This document shows positions 14,263-26,594 of a stretch of 64,000 nt of DNA, in pieces. The position numbers and the translations under genes are program-made. The stretch's first letter is position 1; each line of letters starts with the position of its first letter. Under the pieces are notes generated by a model. The model saw only the letters and a list, made by a program, of their open reading frames with translations, did not search any database and had not been told where the DNA came from. Source of the DNA: Lytechinus pictus (Eukaryota); the NCBI RefSeq assembly GCF_037042905.1, contig NC_087245.1:40116001-40180000 (forward strand), read 5' to 3'.

Positions 14263-14869
14263 TATCCTTCCTCACAGGGGATATGTGCCCTATACGTAAG
14301 CACACATGGCATTGATGAAATGTTTTGTGTACGTTTGGTCATGACGTAGAAAGGTATTATTTTCAAATCTTAATGAAGAAGAAATAGAAACAATGGTGTC
14401 TGTCGATACTATCAGTGATGGAATCAGGGGAAAAATTTACAGTCTAATCTACGAAATGAATGACAAAAATATACACCATCTGGAGACATGAAATTGATAC
14501 AAAAAGTACAATCCATGAGGAAATGTGTTTGTGTGCTATTAACAGTAAAGGTTATGCAATTATTTTATTTTCTGGTCAACCCTTTTTATTCCATTTGACA
14601 AAGTAGTTTGATATCCATCTTTCCACTATTTGGTGTTAACGTCTTTTTTGAGGGGCGTCCTTTTTCAAGCTATCGTGCTTATGACTCCCCTCTCATGCAA
14701 TGGAAGTTACTATTCTACCTTGAAATATTAAAATAAATTGGTTTTATGTTCTGTTGTTGCATGGAAATAAAATAGTCAATCATTCATTGATCGTTCCATT
14801 TTAAACGTCTTTCCATTCCTTCCCATATTTTCTCTAATATGTTCCTAAATGTTATTCTTCTATTCTCAG

Positions 14870-14959
14870 GTTACCACCCGGCTTCACACAACTCCACGAT
14901 CTCAGACACCTCACACTGAATGATGTCTCCCTGGAGAGTCTACCACAGGATATCGGAAG
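14870..14959 (+). CDS. scrib: Scribble exon, LRR (LPPGFTQLHDLRHLTLNDVSLESLPQDIGS)
   Basis: ttctcag| ... AG|gtaaca; 90 nt, phase 2->2. Confidence 0.94.
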
Positions 14960-15365
14960 GTAACATGCATCTATGGTTCTTAATGAAAAAAAAGACTTGA
15001 AAAAGAATCTTGAATCTTGAATATGCAGTATCAGTTGCTTCTGAGAAGTATTATTTGAAGAGAAGAAATGGGCACAGGTCCGTACAAATAGTCAAATGTA
15101 GGTGAATCTGACTTATAGCGACCCTATCTGGCTATTTTTCAGAGTGGAATATCATGCAGGCCTGTAATACGATTGCGTGTTGCATATCACTTGCTTTAGT
15201 CTGACTCTTAAGTTGCACTTGACTCTTTGTGAAACATCCCCTAGGAAAAAAACAAACAGCAATTCCATGTCATTTGCTCCAGCGACAATTGCTCCGCTCA
15301 TAAGTCCACACACTAATCGAATAACCAACTTCAACCCTTGCTTTAACACTATTCCCTACTATAAC

Positions 15366-16129
15366 TAGGGACAGTGATTTTCCGTTTCAAAAAATTGCCT
15401 TTTCCGTTTCAGAAAATCTCAAATTCCGTTTCAGCATGTCAGAAAACGGAAATTCCGTTTCCCCCATAGACTTTGTACACACGGAAAAGTGACAATTCCG
15501 TTTGTATCTGCTACTGTACCAACAACACAATAGAATCCGTTTTAATCGGATCTATGCGGGTGCATAAATTATTTTTCCAACCCCATTTAGCATGCATACA
15601 TCCTCACCTTTCACATTATTAGCATTATTTCACGGTGAAATGATATTTCATCGATAATTTTGGGGTTTTTTGGACATCGTTATCATCAGTCAACGGCTTT
15701 TGCCAATCCGCCATCTTGGATTTTAAGACCACGATATCGTGCTGTTACATCTTCAAACGTAGAGGGCAGCAACACACGACCGTGCAGTGAACGATATGTG
15801 TGTGCATGTGAAGCCCAACGTAATTAACCCGGCGCCGGCAGGGTACGGGTGCGGTGCGGAGTACAATCAAGTGTGCTGATGTCGAGTGCAGTCACGATGT
15901 GTGAATTGTCATGAAAGTAGCGAAGTGAGATCGTGTTTTCTGGGGTTTTGTGGCCATTTAATATTCTCATTTTGTTGTGATTTTGGAGTAATTTCTGTTG
16001 CTATTCTGTGTATTTTGAGGGAAAATACGTTTTCCGTGATTTTCCGTTTGAAATGACACTTTCCGTTTCAAAACACCCTTTCCGTGAATTCCGTCCGTTT
16101 TCCGCGATCGCGGAAAATCACTGTCCCTA
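15366..16129. mobile_element. Non-autonomous TIR element with 6-bp TSD, copy 2 (same family as 7150..7929), nested in a small CCCTAA-containing MITE (~15268..16232)
   Basis: Same TIRs; TATAAC on both flanks; host ends atttgctccagcgacaattgctccg / cggagcaattgtcgcaggagcaaat. Confidence 0.88.
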
Positions 16130-16334
16130 TATAACCCTAAACCTAACATAAAACCCTATTGCAGCCCTAACCCTAAACCTACATCTCAGACAAAGGAAGT
16201 TAAGCCCGGAGCAATTGTCGCAGGAGCAAATTTTGTTGTCACCAAAACAGCACCCAAATGGAATTATTGGTTTATAGTACAGTCAAGCTTGCTTGTAAAG
16301 CCTGCTTGAGAGAGATGAGAAAAGTGATCTTTAA

Positions 16335-16925
16335 AGGACAAGTTCACCCCAACAAAAAGATGATTCGAATTAAAAGAGACAAGCATAACACTGAAAATTT
16401 CATCAAAATTGGTTGTAAAATAAGAAACTTATGAATTTTAAAGTTTTGCTTAATTTCACAAAACAGTTATATGCACACCCTGGTTGGTATGCAAATGAGG
16501 AGACTATGATGTCATCCACTCACTATTTCTTTTGTATTTTATTATATGAAATATGAAATATTCTAATTTTCTCCTCTTTGTCAAGTGAAACAACAATTTA
16601 TTCCTCCCTGAACCTGTGTAATTAGCATTGTTTAATACTATATGGTTCAGTCAAGTTGCTCCTTATTGTCAAATATGTAAAGAATGAAATATTGTATAAT
16701 TCAAACAATAAAAAACAAAAGAAATAGAGAGCAAAGGACATCATCGACTGTCTCATTTGGATGTCACTGAATTGTGCATATCACTGTTGTGTGAAAAATA
16801 AGCGAAACTATAAAATCTCATAACTTTCTTATTTCACGTCTGATTTTGATGAAATTTTCAGCATTATGCTTGTCTGATTTTTCTCTATTGATTTGAATCA
16901 ACATTTTCTGAGGTGGACTTGACCT
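16335..16925. mobile_element. Kolobok-like MITE (TTAA TSD)
   Basis: TTAA|AGGACAAGTTCACC ... GGTGGACTTGACCT|TTAA; subterminal aaaatttcatcaaaat / attttgatgaaatttt inverted repeats. Confidence 0.75.
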
Positions 16926-17723
16926 TTAAGAGCAGGTGTACTTTGTAGACAGGTACTGGTTCCTGTTATGCATGTGAAAATGGGGAAGTATAATTCAAGG
17001 AAAACCAAACTTAAATATTTATATACATGATTGTTTTTAGTTTTTGGTTGCAGTCATGGAGTTTTGAATTTCTCAATATTGGGAAAAAACGCGAGGCAAC
17101 CACGTATTCAGGATTGAATTTTGGAGGGGGCGGTAACTTCACGCGCTACCTAGGAGGGAGGATGCATGTCTCATCACATTCAAATCAAAAGAAGACGTCT
17201 CTTGCGTCTCTTGTTCCCTTATCAAATTTAAATGAAATGCTGAGATTAAAACACTTGTTTTTGAAAGAAATTATGAGCACCCCAAATATGGGAAGAGATT
17301 GAGGAATTTGAAATTATTTCTCTTCCCACGCGAAGCACAGAAGCTAAAATATTTTTTTTTAATTGAGAACAAAAGTGGTATAAAATTCCTTTGGTCAGAT
17401 CAGATTTGATAGCAAAAGATTTAGCCGCATTACACTCCCAAAACAGAATAGAAAACAGGTAGGCTATGCAGGGAGAAAATATTCCTTCCCGAGAATGGCT
17501 TCGATACTCTGAAATTTTGAATTTTCTCTGAAACCTCAATTAATATGCTCTAATTTTGATATTTCTTAGATTATGTAACTCGATTAGAATAAAAAAGAGC
17601 TAAAAAATGTGAAAGGGATGATGCAAGCTAGAAAAGGGATTTTCTTTTCCCATGCACGCGAAGCACAGAAACCCCTATGATTTTTTATTTTGAAATTTTT
17701 TTTTGCAATTTTGCTTATATTAA

Positions 17724-18087
17724 AGGTATTGTTTAACTTTGTGAGCAGCCGATTTAAAAAATTCTCAAACCAAGATGAAACATGTGTACAAGTGCATGTA
17801 TTAGAACTGATAAACCATGAAAACAACCATTATTGAGAATGAAAAGCTAAAACTACAAGGCAAACCCCGATTTTGTAAATAGGCGTCTTATAGACGCCTA
17901 AATAGTACACATAAGTGTATGGGATGAAATTAAGATGGTGTTTTCGGTCACTTTATATTTCAATTTTTGAAGCACTAAATAATTATTTTCGAACGCTTCA
18001 TTTTTGTAACATATCACAGACACAGGTGACAAGTGTGACCTTCTAGCTCAGATTTTTTAAAAGTCAAACCAATGTTAACCAATCACT
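17724..18087. mobile_element. Kolobok-like MITE (TTAA TSD)
   Basis: TTAA|AGGTATTGTTTAAC ... GTTAACCAATCACT|TTAA; diverged partial relative at about 43400-43560. Confidence 0.65.
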
Positions 18088-19489
18088 TTAAGCGTCGATC
18101 ACCATGTTATCAAGCTAAAAAGCATTTTGTGTATTACCATGCATTTTATTTCTTGCAACCTTGATAATGAATCTCCACGTATAAATTTTATCCATCCCAG
18201 TTCCCCAGTTTTCTCAATTATTGAGCTAAAACCGAAAACCCCAATCAATCAAAAAACAAAATCCAATCCAAGCATTTGAGATTGAATCAGAATGGTCACA
18301 TCTTGCAAACCAATCAAGCTCGATCTCTAATGTGTATGCTTCTTGTATGGGGGGGGGGGTGCTAATAATCCACCATTTACTAATAGGCCTATATCAAGTT
18401 TCAGTTATACTACTGTCAAACTGACTCCAAAATGGCTGATGGTATCATGTCATATAGGAATAAAGCTGTTACAGACTCTGGGTTCGGTCTTGCCGATGTG
18501 TCCGTGGAATTATCGAGATTAATTAGAAACAGTGATGGCATTAGTATCAATCGTTACAAGACACAAACCATCGGTCTCATATGGAATACTGGTTTTGAGA
18601 TGATATTAATGTGTGTCTGGGGGCTGTTAAATAAACAAAGAAAAACAAAAACACAGTCATAACACCAAGTTCATGATTGGACATCCTAAAAGTGTCTAAA
18701 ATACATACCGTCGGTGTTTATGGCTTTTCCAGGAATATGAAAGTTTGATGATGTTTTATTTGTGAAACTTACCCCTTCTATTGAGATACCCGTCATACAT
18801 TATTTACCACTGTATCATGTAGTTTCTCCGCCCCTTGTGAAGTCTCATGTAGGTGAGAATTGATTGTTCCATTCATAATTCCTATTGCACTCCGCCGGCT
18901 GTGTTATCCATATTCACAGTAGGTTAAGTTCACACATATTTTCATGCTTAAAGAATGCAGGTGGAATTGTATTAGATGTGGATGGGCTGACATTATGTAT
19001 TGAAAATAAAATTCTGAGAATTCATGCAAAGTTTGCTGTATGTAATTGAAAAATTAATGAATTTACATTAAAAATATGTGTATTTGTACCAAAATGTACT
19101 TTTAGTGGAAAGAAGAAATTCTCCCCCAACAAACAAAACAAAACAAAAATGAGACAAAACAAACACACACACACTCACATATACCAAACAATAACAACAA
19201 AATAGCATAGCTGAAAGGTGAGAGGACTAGATAATTGATGTATCTCAAAATTATTTAGAACGCTATTGAATATTGTAGCACTCCTACAAATTAATATTAC
19301 TTCACATACATTAAAGATGAATAGCATGTAAGAAAAAGGACTATATTGTTGGTGACCTTATTACTGATTTAAAAAAAATAGAGTTAGGCGATGTTTCTTG
19401 AAAACTTCTAGAGAAGGCGGTACACTGACTGTAAACCCTGAAAGCCCATTCCAGCATCTCGTATAGCACTTGCCTGAAAAGCGTCACCC

Positions 19490-19651
19490 GGAGCCCGTAA
19501 CACAAAGCTTAGCGATGAATTGCAAATATGAATGAACACTTCTGATTGGTTCCTGGTCAATATTTTGAAGCAAATGCGCGTGTAACATTGATCTTGATTG
19601 GTCAGTAGATTTTAATAGCGATTGATCGCTAATCTATGTGTTACGGAGCCC
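19490..19651. mobile_element. Short Harbinger-like MITE family (GGGCCCGTAACACAAAG...TGTGTTACGG); relatives at about 28088-28217, 28249-28490, 33914-34042, 34609-34767, 52297-52370 and 56328-56470
   Basis: Shared TIR and CWG flanks in several copies. Confidence 0.7.
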
Positions 19652-21494
19652 TGCTGTGGTAAATGTTAGCGAAACATGGAGAAGGTTTCTTCTAACGCAC
19701 GATATTTATTCATTCCAAAATATAACTTACAGCATGTAATGAATTGGAATTGATATGATTTCATGTCTGACCAGGCACATAGCTCTGGGGAAACCGGTTC
19801 GTAGTGCCTGAACTTGGCGTTATTTTCATAACCATCCCATCAAAATTCATGACTGGCTGCATAGCGCAAATAGCCTTGGGATCTTTCACATTCGAAACTG
19901 GAAGCTTCCAATTCTTCTGCTGCTTGGTCGTTAGGAGAGCTCAAGTTTTGCACAAGCTTTCCTGTCTTCCATTTTGTTTTACCCCGCATCAGAAAAACAA
20001 ATCAGTCTTTGATTGTTGTTGTAGTAAATACGGAAGTGATGATTGTTGAAGGTTATGACAAACCCTGATAAAAGGTGGCCTCATATTATCAGAATTCTAC
20101 AGCTCATCCATGTTAGACATTATATAACATTCCTCTCAGTCTCAGTATTTGGATGACTTTTAAGTCAGATAATTCAAAATTTCACATAATCTACTGTCAC
20201 AGTCCATGCAATGTTCCAATCGTTTCTGCGGGGAACTTTCTGCACATGATAAGCACTGGGATCCGATCACAGTCACATATTACTTGCAGGAAGAGAAATC
20301 TCCTGGGTTCTTCATAGGTGTGGCTTTGTTCGTGACCCACTTCCAAGACAAGACTCTATGCATATTTTAGCCAATTCCTAAGCAATGTAATTGCTCCAGC
20401 AAATCATTGATAAGTTGTAAGTTAAGAAGTGATTAATGATCAAGCTTTGATTTTATTCAGTGCCACTTCTCCCACTACTAAACAATATCTTTTATTATTA
20501 AAGAGATCCACTTAAAAAAAAATGCATTTGTCAGAGGCGAAATTGTTGGGATGGTCAAAAATAGAAAAGGATGAATGAAAATGAAGAAATAACAAAATTT
20601 AGTTGAGCCAATAAATTTGTAGCAATGCAGCACTTTGGTTGCCTAGTTCGAACGATATGTGAAGGTCATATTTGTGTCCTATATTGAGTTAGCGAGATAT
20701 ACAAGTGATACATACAGATGTATTCCAGGATGAGATGTAGGTGGGCAGTATTCATGGGAGGGGATTTGACACCACGTTGGAAGTATCGTCTTGATCCTCT
20801 CCAAGCTCTTCCAGACATCCAGGAGCATGGGGACCCAGTATCACGAAATATGGGAATCAATCGTATAATCAAGCTCAACTTGAAAATCGAAAGCAAACCA
20901 TGTACAAAAGTTATGATCAATATCAATTGTATCTTTCTGTGTTACACCCCTTGATGTGATACATGTACATGCTGAAATCATATTAATGCATCCTTATGAT
21001 AATATCATGGAGATGACACCAGTAACGTGACTCCGTCAAACTCAGTAGATGTGACATGTCAGCCAAGCCCTAGGTCAGGGAAGTCAAACTTGATGCGTGC
21101 GAACCAAACAATATTCATGTACATGTAAATAGTCTGCCTCCAAATCTTGAATCGTACTTGTAGTAGAAGCATACCAATGTGTGAGGAAAGAATAATACCT
21201 GACGGCAACAGGCGCAGATCCAGATTCTGACTTTTACGGGGTGCAAATTTGTCTGTTGACGAGAGAAAAAAGGTAATCAGTCCAAAATGACCTATATTTC
21301 ATTTCCCAAAAAGCAAAAAAAAAGAAAGTTCATCACTTATTTTACAGGGTGTGACCGCTGCACCTTCCGCCACCCCCTGGATCCGCGCCTGAGCAAAACA
21401 TAATTACACACATATCTCAGAAAGATTTAGAGAAAATTGGAGCTTTGGGTAATTACAACTTCTGTGTTTTAAAACGAATGAATGAATGAATATA

Positions 21495-21690
21495 AGTCTG
21501 GGGTTCAAACCCCAGTGCATCACTCAAATCCTTAGGCAAGTCATTCCTCTGTACATTTGCCACTCTCCACCCAGGTGAAGAAAATGGGTATCTAGAATAG
21601 AAAGAAATTCCTTGAATTTTCAAGTGCCTGATGAGGGAGCCATGCTAAATATGCAGTGCTTAGAAACTTGTTATGGATTTAAGCACTATA
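21495..21690 (+). mobile_element. Degenerate tRNA-derived SINE; another + strand fragment at about 60470-60720
   Basis: B-box ggttcaaaccc followed by ccactctccacccaggtg...aaatgggta core, matching the - strand SINEs. Confidence 0.6.
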
Positions 21691-23152
21691 TATGTTGCAT
21701 ATGATAAATTTGTATAGCACATGTGACATCCACCTTAATTAGGTGCTCAATGCGCTCCTATATAGTCTTCCGATTCCGGTGCACACGGCTTTAATATTTT
21801 AATAAACAAACTAATTTTCGAAAAAAGGATAATGATGGTGCACAGTTTTGACAATGTTCTAAATGAGGCAAGTTAGTAAGGGATTGGGAAAAAATGAATG
21901 CGGACCTGTCCAATGTGAAAGAGAGCTCTAGGAGAGATGAAAAAAGGATAGAAGTATGTAGAAATATGAGAAGGAGGATGAAATTCTAGGTCTAAGTGCA
22001 TGGGATTTGTGAGGTGGATGGTGAGTTGAAAAAACAACAAAATGGAAATTTGTTGAAAAGGTCATCCTCATTTTTAAATTTAGCTAGAAGTGAATGAAAA
22101 CCAGGATTTGCTGCTAGAAAGTATGATTGATCATTTGTTTATTTATCATCATAATTGTCTTTTTTTTAAGTTTCATTTTTTTTTTACATGTAAAGCCCAT
22201 GTCAATGGTTTGCAGCAGAAGATATATTGATCTGAAAATGATTAAAGATAGTGTAAAATTATCTGCCAAATCCGCTTAAATTGCAACTTTGATTGTGTAG
22301 ATTTTCTTGAATTTTAATTATCTGTTCTTTTAGTTTGTAGAAATGACGTGTTGTAATATTCCTTGTGATTTCAATAACATACTGTCTGCTTGCCCACAGC
22401 GGCACAAAGACAGCAATAATTTCAAGTGTATTGACAATCATTGAACCAAGTGATTTGACTTTTTTCTTCCTCCTCATTTTCCCCTTCAGTCGAAGAGCTT
22501 CCAGCGGCGTCCAATTAGTGAGAGTTTGTTTGAGCATTCGGTTTGTCTTTCTTGTAACACTGTCCTTTTTACTCCAATTCCAGTTAGGGAGTGAAACCAT
22601 TTTGGTAAATTTGAAAAGTCATGTCAGTCCTAGAGTGACTGCAATTACATTTTGTGAAACGTTGCCTGAAAGGCAGTTGGAAAATGTCTTTACGAGGGAC
22701 TAGTAAGACTCGTTTCCAATAAGAAATGCAAGAATTTTTTGAAAAATGTGCTGTAAGCAGCTTAAATGGCAAAATTTCATTAGCATAAAAGGCATGCATT
22801 GTTACAATTATTTCTCTATTTGCCATTAGTACTTAAGTTTTATGGAAAAGAGTCCCCAATGATTTTGATGCAGATTTCTAGCTTTTCTACTCGTGATATG
22901 ATCTACGAATTGACTTTTTCCTCACCGTTTTCTCATTTAACAAATATTGTTGTTGATGGAATTCAGATCAAAGTTTAGGAGCTATTCATAATTCACATTA
23001 TATTCAGCATACAGGGGTCACCAAATATTCCTTTGCAATGATAGGGTTATGATTTTTTGTGAATTATGTATTCTCAGTCTGATATTGATCTGTTCTCTTG
23101 CTCAAACACTGTCAAGGGCTTCGTTTAAAAAGTGGTTTTCTTGCAAGACTAT

Positions 23153-23456
23153 GGCCCGTATTCTGAAGTCAGGTTTAACTTAGACCATGGTCTAACTCTG
23201 TGCTAAAATTATGGGAAGCCAAAAGTGTTAAAATTTTTATTACGTTGTACATGTTTCTTCTATTTACTGTGCTCTTTCCTGATTCTTCAATGGTGACGAC
23301 AATCATCTATTTATGCAATTATGAATGATTTAAGAGCCAAATGAGCTGAAATATGATATCTCTACTGTTAGTGATTTATGTAACAATTGGCTATCCATAC
23401 TTAAACCATAACTTTAAACCTGAGTTTAAGTTAAACCCGACTTCAGAATACAGGCC
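23153..23456. mobile_element. Harbinger/Tourist-like MITE (GGCCCGTATTCTGAAGTC), copy 1, opposite orientation to copies 2 and 3
   Basis: TIRs; 3-bp TAT TSD; three near-identical copies in window. Confidence 0.85.
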
Positions 23457-24315
23457 TATGTGACTATATTTCTTTTCACTTTCATTCATCCCATTCATGT
23501 TCATGTACTTCTATGTGATTATGGCCAATCTTTTGAAAGTTACTGAAAAGTGAAATGTTGATTGTTAATTTGGTAGAAAATTGAATTACATGTACACATT
23601 ATTAAGGTCAAAGTGAATGACTGGCATTTGTGCTATTATGTAGGAATGTTTTATTTATTTACCCAGAGATTAATTGAAAATGAAAATTAATTACTTGAAA
23701 TTTACAGTTTCCGAGGAAACGCATAGTAATGATATTCAGTCAGGCTCTTAAAATGCTTTACAATACTTCATGGATGAATGCAGATTATTATTCATGATGT
23801 TTGTTGAGGTTTCTTGTTTCAACTGGTTTGAACTGTACTGTGTGTACAGTCATAGTCTATTCATTTCTCCTTTTCTCTGTTAGTGAAAAATAATTAAAAT
23901 CAGAATTAATGTGCATGTCATTGCATAATACTTGGGTGTTTTATAATTGCATTTTTGAAGTACTTATTGTTCTCTATTTTTCAATTATTTCATTTTTTTT
24001 AATCATCTACATTCAGACAATAGATACAAAAATGAAAGTTGTGCCCACATATTTTTCATAGCATGAAATATCCCTCCGTATTTTAAGTATGACCTTTATT
24101 GATGATGAAAAGACTTGTTGAATATTCCCATGACCTCATGACAGGGTCATGATTGAAGATTGATATAATTCAGAAAATTATAAATATATATTCCTACCTG
24201 TAATACAGGCCTACGTATACCGGGAAAGGGGGGGGGGGGTGTTGTAGATTTGAGAAGACGGTGAATTAGCCAAACAATAATTGAAAATGAAAAGATACTG
24301 GAAGGATTGAGAGCA

Positions 24316-24578
24316 GGGCCCCGTCTTACAAAAAGTTATGATTGACCCAATCAATCGTAACTCTATGGAAATCCATCAGTGTCATAATTTTTTCTACAGG
24401 AAATTTGCAAAATGTCCTTTGTAAACAAAGGAGAACAGACCATAATGTCAAGAAAACAAAGACTTTATGTAATTTACGTCATATCTAGAAAACATTTTGA
24501 ACATTCATGCATTCGAGATGTTGACATTGCTGGCCGTCCATAGTTGTGATCAATCGCAACTCTTTGTAAGATGGGCCC
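24316..24578. mobile_element. Harbinger-like MITE (GGCCCCGTCTTACAAA), copy 1
   Basis: TIRs, CAG flanks; second copy 39553..39822. Confidence 0.8.
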
Positions 24579-26163
24579 CAGAGATGTCTCAGCATACATG
24601 TAGGAATAACAACAGTTTTCGTCAATTTGCAGGTCCCAGAATTTTTGTTAAAGATATAAAGCTCATCTTAGTTATAAAGTAATGTTAATATTTAAAAAAA
24701 GAAAAAAAAGAAAGGAGAGGAAGAACTTTAATAGTGGCTGTGCAAATTAGAAGATGAGCAACACTCAACTCCACATTACTCTAAAGCTCTAATCCCTGGG
24801 ACTGGATAATATATTTCAGTAATGTCACTATAATGACAATGCATAATTGAAGAGCTCTCGGAAATCCACAGACATGTTCAATACGGTAATATGAATTGAT
24901 GGAGCGCTGGTAGAATTATCCCTATCCACTTCCGACATAGCTCGATGTCAAAGGCACTGAATTCCGCTTTTAAACTCCCGGAGGTCGAAAGGTCAGGAAA
25001 GTGCTAACCTAATTAGCAGCCTGTCAAGATATCAGGTCATGGCAGCTTGAAGAATGTATCCCTTCCTCCTGTGTTGTTGTTATCGCCCTCAACAGTTCCT
25101 TGAACCCTAATGGGGTGAATGCACTTTTAGACCAGAAAATTTTCTGCTCCGTTTATATATAGTAAGTGGATATTATTTGATGTCTGGGCCAATGGATGAT
25201 TAAACAATCAAGAAACTTTTTTTTTTGGTTTAATTGAAGGCAATACGAGATTCGTCTACTTTATTCTGTGAAGGGGGCGGGGCGGGAGCTTTCTTTATAG
25301 TCCATACTATTGGTTATGTTAATTTACCACTCTCTTTAAAATATAATTCGTTTGGTAATTTACATGTAAGCCTACACGTACACTTTCGGCAAATTTAAAC
25401 AGAAAATAAACATAAAATACTGGTATTTGATTTTGAAGGGGTAGTATGGTTGATGGTTTCTCTGTGTGGTATAATTAACACACCATCTGGCTGACTGGTA
25501 TATTTCTGGGTCAGTTCCCCCATTAACTCATCACACAATTCACAGCATTCCAAATTCAGGTTTATGATAACATAGAAATTGAGAGGTGGGACTACATCTA
25601 CATCTGGTTGGGTTTTGCAGGTCGTAGACCCTCATTGTCAATATATTTTTTCTCTCTACGGATGAAAGCCTCTTAACAATTAACATAATATTACTTCTAA
25701 CTTTGAATTATGATTTTTTTTTATATTCAGAATTTTGTGCAAAATACAATTTTCCCGTATAAAAATCTATGTTGAAACCAGGAACTGAATTTCCTCCATT
25801 TCCATCTTAATTTAATTTCTATTGAAAAATAGTATACATATTATTTATAAAACCTACAATGTGTTGCCCAAATTGTCAAAGTGTTTTTTTTCTTCACAAC
25901 ATATGTATTATTAATTTTTTTTTTGCAACGGATACAAATATTTATGTTTATATATGGTATACAATTTGTTTTTGTTTGATGGAAGTGAAATAAATAAATT
26001 TGAATTTGAATTTGAAAGTTTTGACACCCAAGGTAAAGGAAACTGTATTACAGAGACAAGTGTCCCCGAGAAAGTAGGTCATTGTAAAAAGGTTCAACAA
26101 CTATTTGTTTTCTTTAAATGCAGTCATCCAGTAGATCATCTCATCGTATCCGACTTTATTTTA

Positions 26164-26594
26164 AGCCCCCATCACACTTATTCCGAATCAAGCAGAATTG
26201 GCCTGAATGAAAGGACTATTGTTTGACCACCAGTTGGTCATTTAAATCTACTTCCAACACCGTTCGAAAATATCCCTCGAATGTTTTGAACATGACCAAA
26301 ACCTTCGGGACGGCCAAAAGAAATGACAAAAATATTTCGAATGCACTCAGAATGCAGTCAGGATATTTAGAATGCCCCTAGAATGTCCAAGAACGTAGCA
26401 CGAATTATCAGTCTGACTCCATTGCGGTTCATTTTGACTAGTGTATGATGATACACCTGGTCAATTTACTGAATTTCAACTCCAGTTTGGTGAATTCATA
26501 AGTTCCTCCCAAAAATTTCTAGATTTTTTAAATATTTTTTTCTTTCCAGCTTCTGTTTGATTCCTGCTGATTCCGAATAAGTGTGATGGGGGCT
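26164..26594. mobile_element. Harbinger-like MITE (AGCCCCCATCACACTTATTC), copy 1
   Basis: TIR AGCCCCCATCACACTTATTC...GAATAAGTGTGATGGGGGCT; TTA TSD; inverted copy at 47238..47667. Confidence 0.85.

Noticed and set aside
16130..16182. Telomere-like CCCTAA repeats
   Set aside because: Few and degenerate; internal part of a small MITE.
18850..18905. miR-92-like seed TATTGCAC
   Set aside because: No complementary arm to form a pre-miRNA hairpin, and the sequence after the seed diverges.
22259..22826. Overlapping 80-113 aa ORFs on both strands as a nested gene
   Set aside because: No recognisable domain, no coherent exon chain, lengths compatible with chance.
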